Part shown: piece after piece, positions 29,039 to 36,413 of the stretch
Position numbering within the stretch: the first letter of the stretch is position 1
Layout: the number at the start of each line of letters is the position of its first letter
The notes under the pieces: model-generated
Seen by the model: only the letters and a program-made list of their open reading frames with translations
What the model was told of the DNA's origin: nothing
Databases searched by the model: none
Source: Candidatus Gastranaerophilales bacterium
GTDB lineage: Bacteria; Cyanobacteriota; Vampirovibrionia; Gastranaerophilales; Gastranaerophilaceae
Direction of reading: 5' to 3'
Length of the DNA stretch: 64,000 nucleotides
NCBI GenBank assembly: GCA_947624645.1
Contig: CANQLG010000004.1
Span: 7,006 to 71,005 of the forward strand
Position numbers and translations under genes: made by a program

Positions 29039-30073
29039 TTATCTGCCATTTATCCGTAAATCTGTCTTTTTTACAAAAGCAGGAGTAATTAAATCCCATG
29101 CTGCTTCTGTCGGATGGTCATTTTCCTGCAAATATTTAGGAGAATTTAAATATTCCTTCGTAATTTCCGTAGTATCAATTACTATAAAACCGTTTTGCTT
29201 TAATTTTTCTTTCATTAAATCATTAAAAGCTATATTTTGTCTATCATTTTTATCGGTATAATCACCATAATTATACATCAATATAATAAATTTAAGTTTA
29301 TTATTACTATTTACCCCCCCCCAGAACCAATTTCTTTCAAGCTCTTTTCTTGTTTCAATAAAATACTTAAGCGCATAATCGGTCACTTTATCTTCAATTG
29401 TGTGATAAGGAAATAGCCAAGGCTCTGGATAAGAATAATATTCAGCTATATTTTCATTTATATATTTAAATGTATAAGATGATTTTAATAAATTTAAAAA
29501 TATATTTTTATAATTGTCCGCTACAAGGCGTTTATCCTTGTATTTATAATGTATGTAAAATGAGTCATCAAGTCTGTCATAACTGCCTTTAATAAGCATT
29601 CGGTAGTAATGATCATGCATTAATATATATATAACAGTATCAGAATATGGTATTTGTTTATAAAAATCAGTTTTGTCCTTTTCTTTAGCTTGAAAATACA
29701 TATGTTGCAGTCCCCACCCGGGGTATGATCGGTTAAAAACAGAACGACCTGTTAATTTTGATAACTTATAACTAAATATTTGCCAAGGTTCAAGGTATTG
29801 ACCATAGGCAAATGAACAACCAAAAACTACTATAGGATTTTTCCCTTTGTCATATTTTGAAATTATCGGGTCACGATAGTCTATACTAAATCTATCAATA
29901 AAATGTCCTATCGGTTTTTTTAATATATAATGAAATTTAGGTATTTCTCTACGTATACAATATTCTTTATAATTGTATTTAAATATTATTACATCTAAAA
30001 TAAATATTAATACCAAAATAAACAGTATATTTATAAGCAAAATCCCTACAATTTTAAATATTTTCTTTCTCAT
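29039..30073 (-). CDS. Membrane-anchored SGNH/GDSL-like hydrolase or acyl-esterase (putative surface-glycan modifier)
   Basis: N-terminal TM helix; VVFGCSFAYGQ (block I G-x-S); C-terminal ENDHPTEAAW (block V DxxH). It lies 4 nt downstream of glmS on the same strand. Confidence 0.5.
   Translation of the reverse strand: MRKKIFKIVGILLINILFILVLIFILDVIIFKYNYKEYCIRREIPKFHYILKKPIGHFIDRFSIDYRDPIISKYDKGKNPIVVFGCSFAYGQYLEPWQIFSYKLSKLTGRSVFNRSYPGWGLQHMYFQAKEKDKTDFYKQIPYSDTVIYILMHDHYYRMLIKGSYDRLDDSFYIHYKYKDKRLVADNYKNIFLNLLKSSYTFKYINENIAEYYSYPEPWLFPYHTIEDKVTDYALKYFIETRKELERNWFWGGVNSNNKLKFIILMYNYGDYTDKNDRQNIAFNDLMKEKLKQNGFIVIDTTEITKEYLNSPKYLQENDHPTEAAWDLITPAFVKKTDLRINGR
29314..29322 (-). repeat. C9 (G9 on the coding strand) homopolymeric tract inside the SGNH-like gene
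   Basis: Counted directly: ttaCCCCCCCCCagaacc. The coding strand reads TGG GGG GGG GTA (W-G-G-V). Confidence 0.95.
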
Positions 30074-30077
30074 ACAC

Positions 30078-31925
30078 TTATTCCACCGTAACTGATTTAG
30101 CCAAGTTTCTGGGCTGATCTACATCTTTACCTAAAAATTCCGCAATATAATAAGCAAGAAGCTGCAATGGCACGCAGGTTATTGCAGGCGAAAGTATTTC
30201 CAAAACTTCCGGTATTCTTATAACTATATCAAACAGGTTATTTAAGGATTCATCTTTAGAAGAAGTCAGTGCTATAAGTTTTGCATTACGAGCTTTAGCC
30301 TCTTCACTGTTTGAAAGTACTTTTTCATAGGTTATGCCTCCGGGGATTAATATTGATAAAACGGGCATAGTTTCATCAAGCATTGCAATAGGCCCGTGTT
30401 TTAATTCGCCTGCCGCATATCCGGTCGCATTAATATAGCTTATTTCTTTTAACTTCAAAGCTCCTTCCAAGGCTGTTGCAAGATTAACCCCTCTGGCAAT
30501 ATATATAAAGTTTTTATATGAAGAAAATTTTCTTGCACATTCTTGAATATCTGAAGTATTGGACAAGATTTCTTCTATTTTGGTCGGGAGCTGAATTAAT
30601 TCGTGTTTAATACTCTTTAAATAATTTTTATCAAGTGATTCTTTAATTTCGGCAAGATGTATCGCAAACAAATAAAACGAAATTAATTGTGCGGTATAAG
30701 ATTTTGTTGCTGCGACACTTACTTCTATACCTGCATTAACGGGGATTAAGCTGTCTGCTAATCGAGCCATATTAGAGTCCGGACGATTAGTTATAATTAA
30801 TACATGAGCATTTTTTTCTTTTGCCTGTTTTATTGCAGTAATTGTATCAGCGGTTTCTCCTGATTGAGATACTCCTATTACGAGAGTAGATGAGTCTGTT
30901 GTTGTTTTTCTGTATATATATTCGCTTGAAGCTTCAACTTCAACAGAAATACCAGCAAAATCTTCTATAATATACTTACCGACAAGAGCGGCATGCAGTG
31001 ATGTTCCGCATGCTATAATTTGTATTTTATTGAGTTTTTTCAATATATTTTTATCTAATTTCACTTCGCTTAAATTAACGGGGGCATCAATGTCGTAGAG
31101 TTTTCCGTTAAGCACATTTCTGATAACGTCGGGCTGTTCATGAATTTCTTTAAGCATAAAATGTTTATAGCCCATTTTACTTAGAGCCATAGGTTCCCAA
31201 GGAAGCATTTCTATTTTTTTGTTAACTATATTACCGTTTATATCGGTAATTTTTACGGAATCTTTTGTAATAACGGCTATTTCATTATCATCAAGATAAA
31301 TAGTTTTCTTTGTATATTGAACAATAGCAGGGGTATCACTTGCGATAAAATTTTCACCATCACCCAAGCCAACCAGCATTGGTGCGTGTTTACGTGCGCC
31401 TACTATTAAATCAGGAACATCTTTATGCATAACACAAATAGCATAAGCTCCCTGAAGTTTTTTTACCGAATTTCGGACTGCAATTTCTAAATTTTTAGCT
31501 TTTGCATATTCATCTGCAACGAGGTGTGCTATTGTTTCGGTATCTGTTTGAGAACGGAAAGTGCAGCCTTTTTTAATCAATTCTTCTCTTAGTTCTTTGT
31601 AGTTTTCAATAATACCGTTATGTACGACAACAAGTTTACCGCAAGAGCAGGTATGAGGATGGGCGTTAATCAAAGAAGGCGAACCGTGTGTAGCCCATCT
31701 TATATGACCTATACCGCTTGTAGGATGATTTAATTCTGATTTTCTTGAATTTAGCTCATTTTTAAGATTAATCAATTTGCCAAGAGTCTTATATATTCTG
31801 AGTTCTCCGCAATCATGAAGCGCCATGCCCGCAGAGTCATATCCTCTATATTCTAAATTGGTTAAAGCGTTAAAAATAACGTCTACAACATCTTTATTGC
31901 CTGCATATCCGATAATTCCGCACAT
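30078..31925 (-). CDS. glmS: Glutamine--fructose-6-phosphate aminotransferase
   Basis: MCGIIGY N-terminal nucleophile, two SIS domains, and the C-terminal ..NLAKSVTVE. The start is moved to 31925 so that Cys is residue 2. Confidence 0.95.
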   Translation of the reverse strand: MCGIIGYAGNKDVVDVIFNALTNLEYRGYDSAGMALHDCGELRIYKTLGKLINLKNELNSRKSELNHPTSGIGHIRWATHGSPSLINAHPHTCSCGKLVVVHNGIIENYKELREELIKKGCTFRSQTDTETIAHLVADEYAKAKNLEIAVRNSVKKLQGAYAICVMHKDVPDLIVGARKHAPMLVGLGDGENFIASDTPAIVQYTKKTIYLDDNEIAVITKDSVKITDINGNIVNKKIEMLPWEPMALSKMGYKHFMLKEIHEQPDVIRNVLNGKLYDIDAPVNLSEVKLDKNILKKLNKIQIIACGTSLHAALVGKYIIEDFAGISVEVEASSEYIYRKTTTDSSTLVIGVSQSGETADTITAIKQAKEKNAHVLIITNRPDSNMARLADSLIPVNAGIEVSVAATKSYTAQLISFYLFAIHLAEIKESLDKNYLKSIKHELIQLPTKIEEILSNTSDIQECARKFSSYKNFIYIARGVNLATALEGALKLKEISYINATGYAAGELKHGPIAMLDETMPVLSILIPGGITYEKVLSNSEEAKARNAKLIALTSSKDESLNNLFDIVIRIPEVLEILSPAITCVPLQLLAYYIAEFLGKDVDQPRNLAKSVTVE

Positions 31926-31995
31926 GAAACACACCCTTATATAACTGATATCTTAGTATATAATACCTTATAAAAATATAAAAGATATTAAGATA

Positions 31996-33351
31996 TTATA
32001 AAGTTTTAGAATAGAGCTTATTATTTTTGGATAAATATAATAAATAGAGCAGTGCGCTGATTGTTGTAACAATTGAAGCACAAGGAGGTGCTATACCGAG
32101 ATTAAATAGAGTAGCACCCGGTATAAGAGTACACAGAATAAAAGCTAACGGAATTCTGACGGCGAAAGCCGAGAAAACGGCATTAGATGCGGCAAATACC
32201 GTACGTCCGCAGCCAAAGAAGAATCCGTTAAGACAGAATACAAAAGGAACAATAAGATAATCGAAACTGAAAGACCTCAAATACCTTGCACCTTCCTGTA
32301 AAACCGTATCTTCCGTGGAAAATATTGCAATAGCACTGTATGGAGCAAGCTGCTGCCATATAAAGAATACAAGTCCGAAGCAAAAAGCAAATAGAATAGA
32401 TAGTTTTAGAGCTTTTACTGCTCTTTGCATATTACCCGCACCAAGATTTTGAGCAGTTAAAGCTGTTAATGCCATTGCAAAAGAACCCGCAGGCAGCATC
32501 ATAAATGCATTTAATCTTATAACAGAGCCATATGCCGCAGATGCAGCAACTCCCATTGAATTTGCAAGCGAAAACAAAAATAGGAAAGACAATGGTATCA
32601 ATGTATCTTGCAAAGACAGAGGCAAACCAATTTTAAAAAGTTCTTTAGCCGTTTCAATATCAAATTTAATGGCAGATAATTTCAGCTTGAAAACGAAGTT
32701 TCCGTTTCTAAGGTACACTATCCCAGCTATAACACTTGCAGCTTGAGATAGAACCGTTGCAATGGCTGCACCTTCAGCACCCATGTGTAATTTTCCGACT
32801 AAATATATATCAAGCATTATATTCATACAACACGATACCGCAACAAAATACATCGGGACTATTGAATTTCCGACTCCTCTAAGTACTGCGCTTATGGCAT
32901 TATATCCAAATACAAAAACAAGCCCGATTGCACAAACAATTATATATTCTTTAGCTGAAGTAAATGCTTCAGGAGGAGTTTGTAATAAAAAAAGTAATTC
33001 ATTATCAAAAAGGATAATAATAATGCTTAAAAATACGGCAGCAGAAATAAAGCAAATTGTCATAGTGTTAATTATTTTTGCTATATTATCATATTGTTTT
33101 GCACCAAATGCCTTACCAATTAAAACAGTAGCACTAACTGTTAATCCGGTAATAAAGAATATAAGCGTTTGCAACAACTGAGAACCCGTTGCAACAGCTG
33201 ATACAACACTGCTATCGCAGAATTTACCAACAATAATAAGGTCTGCCGCACCATAAAGCGCCTGAAGAAAATTAGCACCGACATACGGCAGGGCAAAAGT
33301 TAAGAGTGTAGCTATTAAATTTCCTTGTGTTAAGTCTTTTTGGTTTGCCAT
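31996..33351 (-). CDS. MATE family efflux transporter
   Basis: 12-TM protein with MATE-type N-terminus (..LTQGNLIATLLTFALPYVGANFLQALYGAADLIIVG). The start could also be 33387. Confidence 0.8.
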   Translation of the reverse strand: MANQKDLTQGNLIATLLTFALPYVGANFLQALYGAADLIIVGKFCDSSVVSAVATGSQLLQTLIFFITGLTVSATVLIGKAFGAKQYDNIAKIINTMTICFISAAVFLSIIIILFDNELLFLLQTPPEAFTSAKEYIIVCAIGLVFVFGYNAISAVLRGVGNSIVPMYFVAVSCCMNIMLDIYLVGKLHMGAEGAAIATVLSQAASVIAGIVYLRNGNFVFKLKLSAIKFDIETAKELFKIGLPLSLQDTLIPLSFLFLFSLANSMGVAASAAYGSVIRLNAFMMLPAGSFAMALTALTAQNLGAGNMQRAVKALKLSILFAFCFGLVFFIWQQLAPYSAIAIFSTEDTVLQEGARYLRSFSFDYLIVPFVFCLNGFFFGCGRTVFAASNAVFSAFAVRIPLAFILCTLIPGATLFNLGIAPPCASIVTTISALLYLLYLSKNNKLYSKTL

Positions 33352-33431
33352 AAGAAAAATATTAATACGGAAAAATGTTTTTTTCAATTATAATAACTTA
33401 AAATAAATATTTATAGTATAATTAAGAAAAT

Positions 33432-33505
33432 GCCTCTGTAGCTCAGCTGGATAGAGCGCTTCCGTCCTAAGGAAGGCGTCGCACGTTCGAATCGTGTCAG
33501 GGGTA
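33432..33505 (+). tRNA. tRNA-Arg (anticodon CCU)
   Basis: GCCTCTG-TA-GCTC-AGCTGGATA-GAGC-G-CTTCC-GTCCTAA-GGAAG-GCGTC-GCACG-TTCGAAT-CGTGT-CAGGGGT-A. It is 74 nt and the cloverleaf folds by hand with a few G-U pairs. Confidence 0.85.
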
Positions 33506-33517
33506 TTTTTTTATTGC
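33490..33517 (+). repeat. att core copy 1 (3' end of tRNA-Arg plus 12 nt downstream)
   Basis: aatcgtgtcaggggtatttttttattgc, identical to 33651-33678. Confidence 0.85.
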
Positions 33518-33650
33518 GGATAATTTTTTACACGATGAGAACGTAAAAAACAAAGTTTTGTTTTAGTTCGAGCGTGAACGAGCTGAGGCTGAAGTGGCGG
33601 ATGCGTTGAGCATTCGACACGTAACGCCGTTAATTGCGAGTGAACAAGAC

Positions 33651-33678
33651 AATCGTGTCAGGGGTATTTTTTTATTGC
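33651..33678 (+). repeat. att core copy 2 (direct repeat of the tRNA-Arg 3' end)
   Basis: A 28/28 identical direct repeat lying 161 bp downstream of copy 1 and overlapping the stop of the integrase pseudogene. Confidence 0.85.
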
Positions 33679-34125
33679 CGTCTATTTGCAAGCCTTTTAG
33701 CCATGCTAATTATTTTTTTATTCGGCGGATTTTCATTTATTCTCACATTATTCTCACATTTTTCAGAAAAAATATTATTTATCTTATTCCGAGCTTTAAT
33801 TATCATATCGTTATTGTTCTTAGCGTATATTTTTAAAGTCGTTTCCGCTTTTGAATGACCTACTTGATTTTAAACAAATTTTACACTTAAACCGTTTGCC
33901 AAGCCCAAATCAATATATGAGCCTCTTAAATCGTGCATCCTCACTCGTTTTTCAATTCCGCAAAGCTCAAGCAGTTTATACCAAAATCTTATGCAGAAAT
34001 TACTGTCATTATGGCAATTGCCTGCTCGATTCGAAATAACAAAGAATTATCTTTATCAAGAGTTTTTATATGCTCTTTTAGAACTTCTGCAAAGAACGCA
34101 ACGGGAACAAGTTTTAATGACGCAT
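33672..34125 (-). pseudogene. Tyrosine recombinase (phage integrase) remnant: C-terminal catalytic half with an in-frame stop and a frameshift
   Basis: The minus strand reads ..VPVAFFAEVLKEHIKTLDKDNSLLF.. then, in another frame, ..FCIRFWYKLLELCGIEKRVRMHDLRGSYIDLGLANGLSVKFV*NQVGHSKAETTLKIYAKNN... The HxLR and GH..T..Y boxes are present, there is a TAA between them, and the N-terminal half is absent. Confidence 0.75.
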
Positions 34126-35138
34126 TCAGATTAATTCGCACCGAAACGAGCCATATTGACGGGCAAGTAACACTCGAGGGCTACAAACAGGCAAAAGAGG
34201 AATTAGGGCTTGAATATTATGATTATGACGCTTTTTTAGATTCGAAAACGTCGACAATTTGTGAAGAATTAAACGGTAAAAGATTTAGAATAGATGAAGC
34301 CGAAGTCGGGGTGAATTATCCCCCAATGCACCCGAACTGCCGAAGTACAACACAACTTGTTTTAGATGAGAATTATAAAAAGGAAGAAAAAGAAACCGTA
34401 AAAGTAGGTGCAAACGAAAATAAAAACAACGAAGCAAAAGAAACAAATAAAAATTCTGCTCAAAAAAGCTCTGATGATAAACCCGTCTTAATTGAAAAAG
34501 GAACACAGAAAAAAGGCTCTGAAATACCGAAAGAAGAAAAAATTACTTATAAACCATTTGATAATGGAGAAGCAGCTAATGAATTCTTTTATAAAAATAA
34601 AGAATATCAAAAATGGGTTAATAGCCTGAATAAAGACGAGACTGAAGCAATACAAGAATATACAGAAGATTTATATTCAGTTATTAATGACAAATTGCGT
34701 GGATTTTATGATACTGATGATAAACTTATTAATGATGCAATAAATAAATTAAGCAATTCTATTGATAATTTTAAATTAACTGATAATATTCAAGTTTATA
34801 GAGGTGTAGATGTAAATGCTCTTGACGGCTTTATGCGACAAAATAATATAAATAAATATACTGAAGCTATCGGTAAAATTTATAATGATAAAGCCTTTAT
34901 GAGTACATCCTTATTAAAATCAGGTGCAGGCTTAGAAAAATTTAATGAACAAGATATTCAATTTATAATAAATATTCCTAAAGGAAAAGGTCGAGGTGCA
35001 TATATAAATGAATTGTCTTTAAAAAAAGACAAAGAATATGAGTTTTTACTTCAAAAGAACTCAAAACTAAGAATAACAGATGTAAAACCAATAGAAAATA
35101 CTAACCAAACAATTATTTTTGCTGATTTAGAAATTTAG
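33933..35138 (+). CDS. N-terminally truncated MuF/SPP1 gp7-family head-morphogenesis protein fused to a C-terminal R-S-E ADP-ribosyltransferase toxin domain
   Basis: MuF core from about 34090 (FRLIRTETSH.., DSKTSTICEELNGKRF, PPMHPNCRSTT). ART motifs are EYTEDLYSVINDKLRG, VYRG (Arg codon 34800-34802), FMSTS (34902-34910) and EYE (35034-35042). The first ~55 codons of the ORF overlap the integrase remnant and are probably not native. Confidence 0.8.
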   Translation: MHPHSFFNSAKLKQFIPKSYAEITVIMAIACSIRNNKELSLSRVFICSFRTSAKNATGTSFNDAFRLIRTETSHIDGQVTLEGYKQAKEELGLEYYDYDAFLDSKTSTICEELNGKRFRIDEAEVGVNYPPMHPNCRSTTQLVLDENYKKEEKETVKVGANENKNNEAKETNKNSAQKSSDDKPVLIEKGTQKKGSEIPKEEKITYKPFDNGEAANEFFYKNKEYQKWVNSLNKDETEAIQEYTEDLYSVINDKLRGFYDTDDKLINDAINKLSNSIDNFKLTDNIQVYRGVDVNALDGFMRQNNINKYTEAIGKIYNDKAFMSTSLLKSGAGLEKFNEQDIQFIINIPKGKGRGAYINELSLKKDKEYEFLLQKNSKLRITDVKPIENTNQTIIFADLEI

Positions 35139-35400
35139 GCTTGTTATTTTCTAAAAAATCAAGTGCTTCTTTCCATTCATTTATTTTTTTATGATTAGGC
35201 ATTTTTTCTATAAAGCAAGAAAGTATAATATATAGTGGTGTCCAATGGTTTCTACCGCCGGGGTTAAAATCATATTTTTTAGATGCTTTGCATTGTTCTA
35301 ACGGTGTAGTTAATAAACGAACATAATATGAATAAAAAAAGTGTTCTTCCAGTCCTTTTGTTATGCAATAATTTTTTACTTTTTCAAGTTCTTGGTTCAT
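35113..35400 (-). CDS. Hypothetical 95-aa protein (downstream partner of the HTH gene; its 3' end overlaps the toxin 3' end by 26 bp)
   Basis: The ORF is open from TTG 35430; ATG 35400 (MNQELEKVKNY..) is the more likely start. No recognisable motif. Confidence 0.45.
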   Translation of the reverse strand: MNQELEKVKNYCITKGLEEHFFYSYYVRLLTTPLEQCKASKKYDFNPGGRNHWTPLYIILSCFIEKMPNHKKINEWKEALDFLENNKPKFLNQQK

Positions 35401-35414
35401 ATTTATATTATACC

Positions 35415-35612
35415 CTATTTCTTTTCCCAAGTTATTTTATAACCTAACAAGTCAGCTATATCGCAAACTTCCAAATAGTCAAAAGTTCCCATTTTTAGCC
35501 TTTTACTTATATTTTGCGGGGTTACGTCCAATCGTTCCGCAAGTTTAGTAATATTTAGCCCTTGCTCTGCCAATTTACTTTTAATTAAAAATTCTAATTC
35601 AACTTTATTCAT
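35415..35612 (-). CDS. XRE-family helix-turn-helix protein
   Basis: 65 aa; GLNITKLAERLDVTPQNISKRL is a typical HTH_XRE helix2-turn-helix3. Confidence 0.7.
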   Translation of the reverse strand: MNKVELEFLIKSKLAEQGLNITKLAERLDVTPQNISKRLKMGTFDYLEVCDIADLLGYKITWEKK

Positions 35613-35751
35613 ATTTACATTTTAAACTATACATTTTAATATTTCAACCCTAATATTACAAATTGTAAATAGATATTTAAAACAGATATTGACATTTTAA
35701 AATACATGGTTTAAAATTAAAATATAGAGTTAATTCAAAGGAGATAAACAA
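35613..35751. promoter_or_regulatory. Divergent promoter/operator region of the remnant (possible switch region)
   Basis: Palindrome TTACAA-A-TTGTAA at 35656-35668. Three copies of ACATTTTAA start near 35617, 35631 and 35692. The context is AT-rich, so support is weak. Confidence 0.3.
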
Positions 35752-35964
35752 ATGGAAAAATTATTAAAAGCAATTAACAAAGAATTGAAAATTTACAATG
35801 ATGAAATTGAAGGTTTAAAAATTGATGATGTATTAAAAAACGGAATTATTTATTTAAGCGATAAAAAAGGTAATTCCTATGCAGCAAGAAAGACAGCAAC
35901 AGGAAGATATAAAAAAGATAGTTTTCATTTAATGAGGAGTTTTATCAATATTTGTTATTGTTAA
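35752..35964 (+). CDS. Hypothetical 70-aa protein
   Basis: Strong RBS (AAAGGAG, 8 nt upstream of the ATG). A hairpin plus T8 follows at about 35966-35992. Confidence 0.45.
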   Translation: MEKLLKAINKELKIYNDEIEGLKIDDVLKNGIIYLSDKKGNSYAARKTATGRYKKDSFHLMRSFINICYC

Positions 35965-36035
35965 GGGGCATAAAGCCTCTTTTTTTTAATCTTTTTAATT
36001 TTTTTGCCCGATTTTCAATCTGTCATAATTCTTTT

Positions 36036-36101
36036 ATGCGTTACTCACGCAGTAAAAACAGGGGTAATATGCGTAACTCACGCAGTAAAAATAGAGGAAA
36101 T
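36036..36101 (+). repeat. Two tandem 33-bp repeats, each with a tgcgt-N5-acgca dyad
   Basis: atgcgttactcacgcagtaaaaacaggggtaat / atgcgtaactcacgcagtaaaaatagaggaaat (29/33 identical), located immediately upstream of the RBS of the scaffold-like ORF. Confidence 0.85.
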
Positions 36102-36118
36102 TATAAGGAGAAAACATT

Positions 36119-36394
36119 ATGGCAGACGAAAAAAACACACCACAAGAAAAGACATTTACGCAAGCTGATGTAGACAAACTTATTGAAGAAAACAACGCAA
36201 AACATCAAAATGAAATGGATGCACTTGCAAGTAAAATGAGAGCGGAATTTAAGGAAAAAGAGCAAAAGGCAAAAGAAGCCGCAGAAAAAGCCGCAAAACA
36301 AGCAAATATGTCAGAACTTGAAAAGGCAACGGCAGAGCTTGACGAGTACAAATCAAAGTATGCAATTTATAAAACATTAAAAAATGAGGGTTAA
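36119..36394 (+). CDS. Phage scaffold-like protein fragment (DUF4355-like N-terminus), probably truncated
   Basis: AAGGAG RBS. ..KTFTQADVDKLIEENNAKHQNE.. followed by a K/E/A-rich helix resembles the N-termini of capsid scaffolding proteins. It is only 91 aa and ends at the host terminator. Confidence 0.4.
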   Translation: MADEKNTPQEKTFTQADVDKLIEENNAKHQNEMDALASKMRAEFKEKEQKAKEAAEKAAKQANMSELEKATAELDEYKSKYAIYKTLKNEG

Positions 36395-36407
36395 TAACCC
36401 TCATTTT
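36381..36407. terminator. Bidirectional terminator (perfect 11-1-11 palindrome)
   Basis: aaaatgagggtta-a-taaccctcatttt lies between the scaffold fragment and the convergent 2399-aa gene. Confidence 0.65.
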
Positions 36408-36413
36408 CAGAAT

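Larger units (their letters stand above)
33518..36410. mobile_element. Decayed prophage/integrative-element remnant at tRNA-Arg(CCU)
   Basis: The segment holds a duplicated att core, an integrase pseudogene reading toward the tRNA, fragments of a phage head module (MuF, scaffold) and an HTH cassette. No right-hand att copy was seen. Confidence 0.7.

Noticed and set aside
33540-33650. Weak resemblance of the inter-att segment (acaaagttttgttttagttcgagcgtgaacgagc) to the start of the 143-bp unit (acaaagtttcgttattttagttgcc .. gttcgaagtgcgaaagc).
   Set aside because: Only about 20 nt align without gaps and the remainder requires large indels, so this is not distinguishable from chance by eye.
33594-34039. 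Plus-strand ORFs 33594..33836, 33634..33858 and 33851..34039.
   Set aside because: They overlap the minus-strand integrase remnant, whose translation shows conserved recombinase boxes. The plus-strand products are low-complexity and hydrophobic nonsense.
35952-36173. 73-aa ORF with the repeated peptide MR(Y/N)SRSKNRGN.
   Set aside because: The peptide repeat is a by-product of the 33-bp DNA tandem repeat. There is no RBS, and it overlaps the RBS and start of the scaffold-like ORF in another frame.
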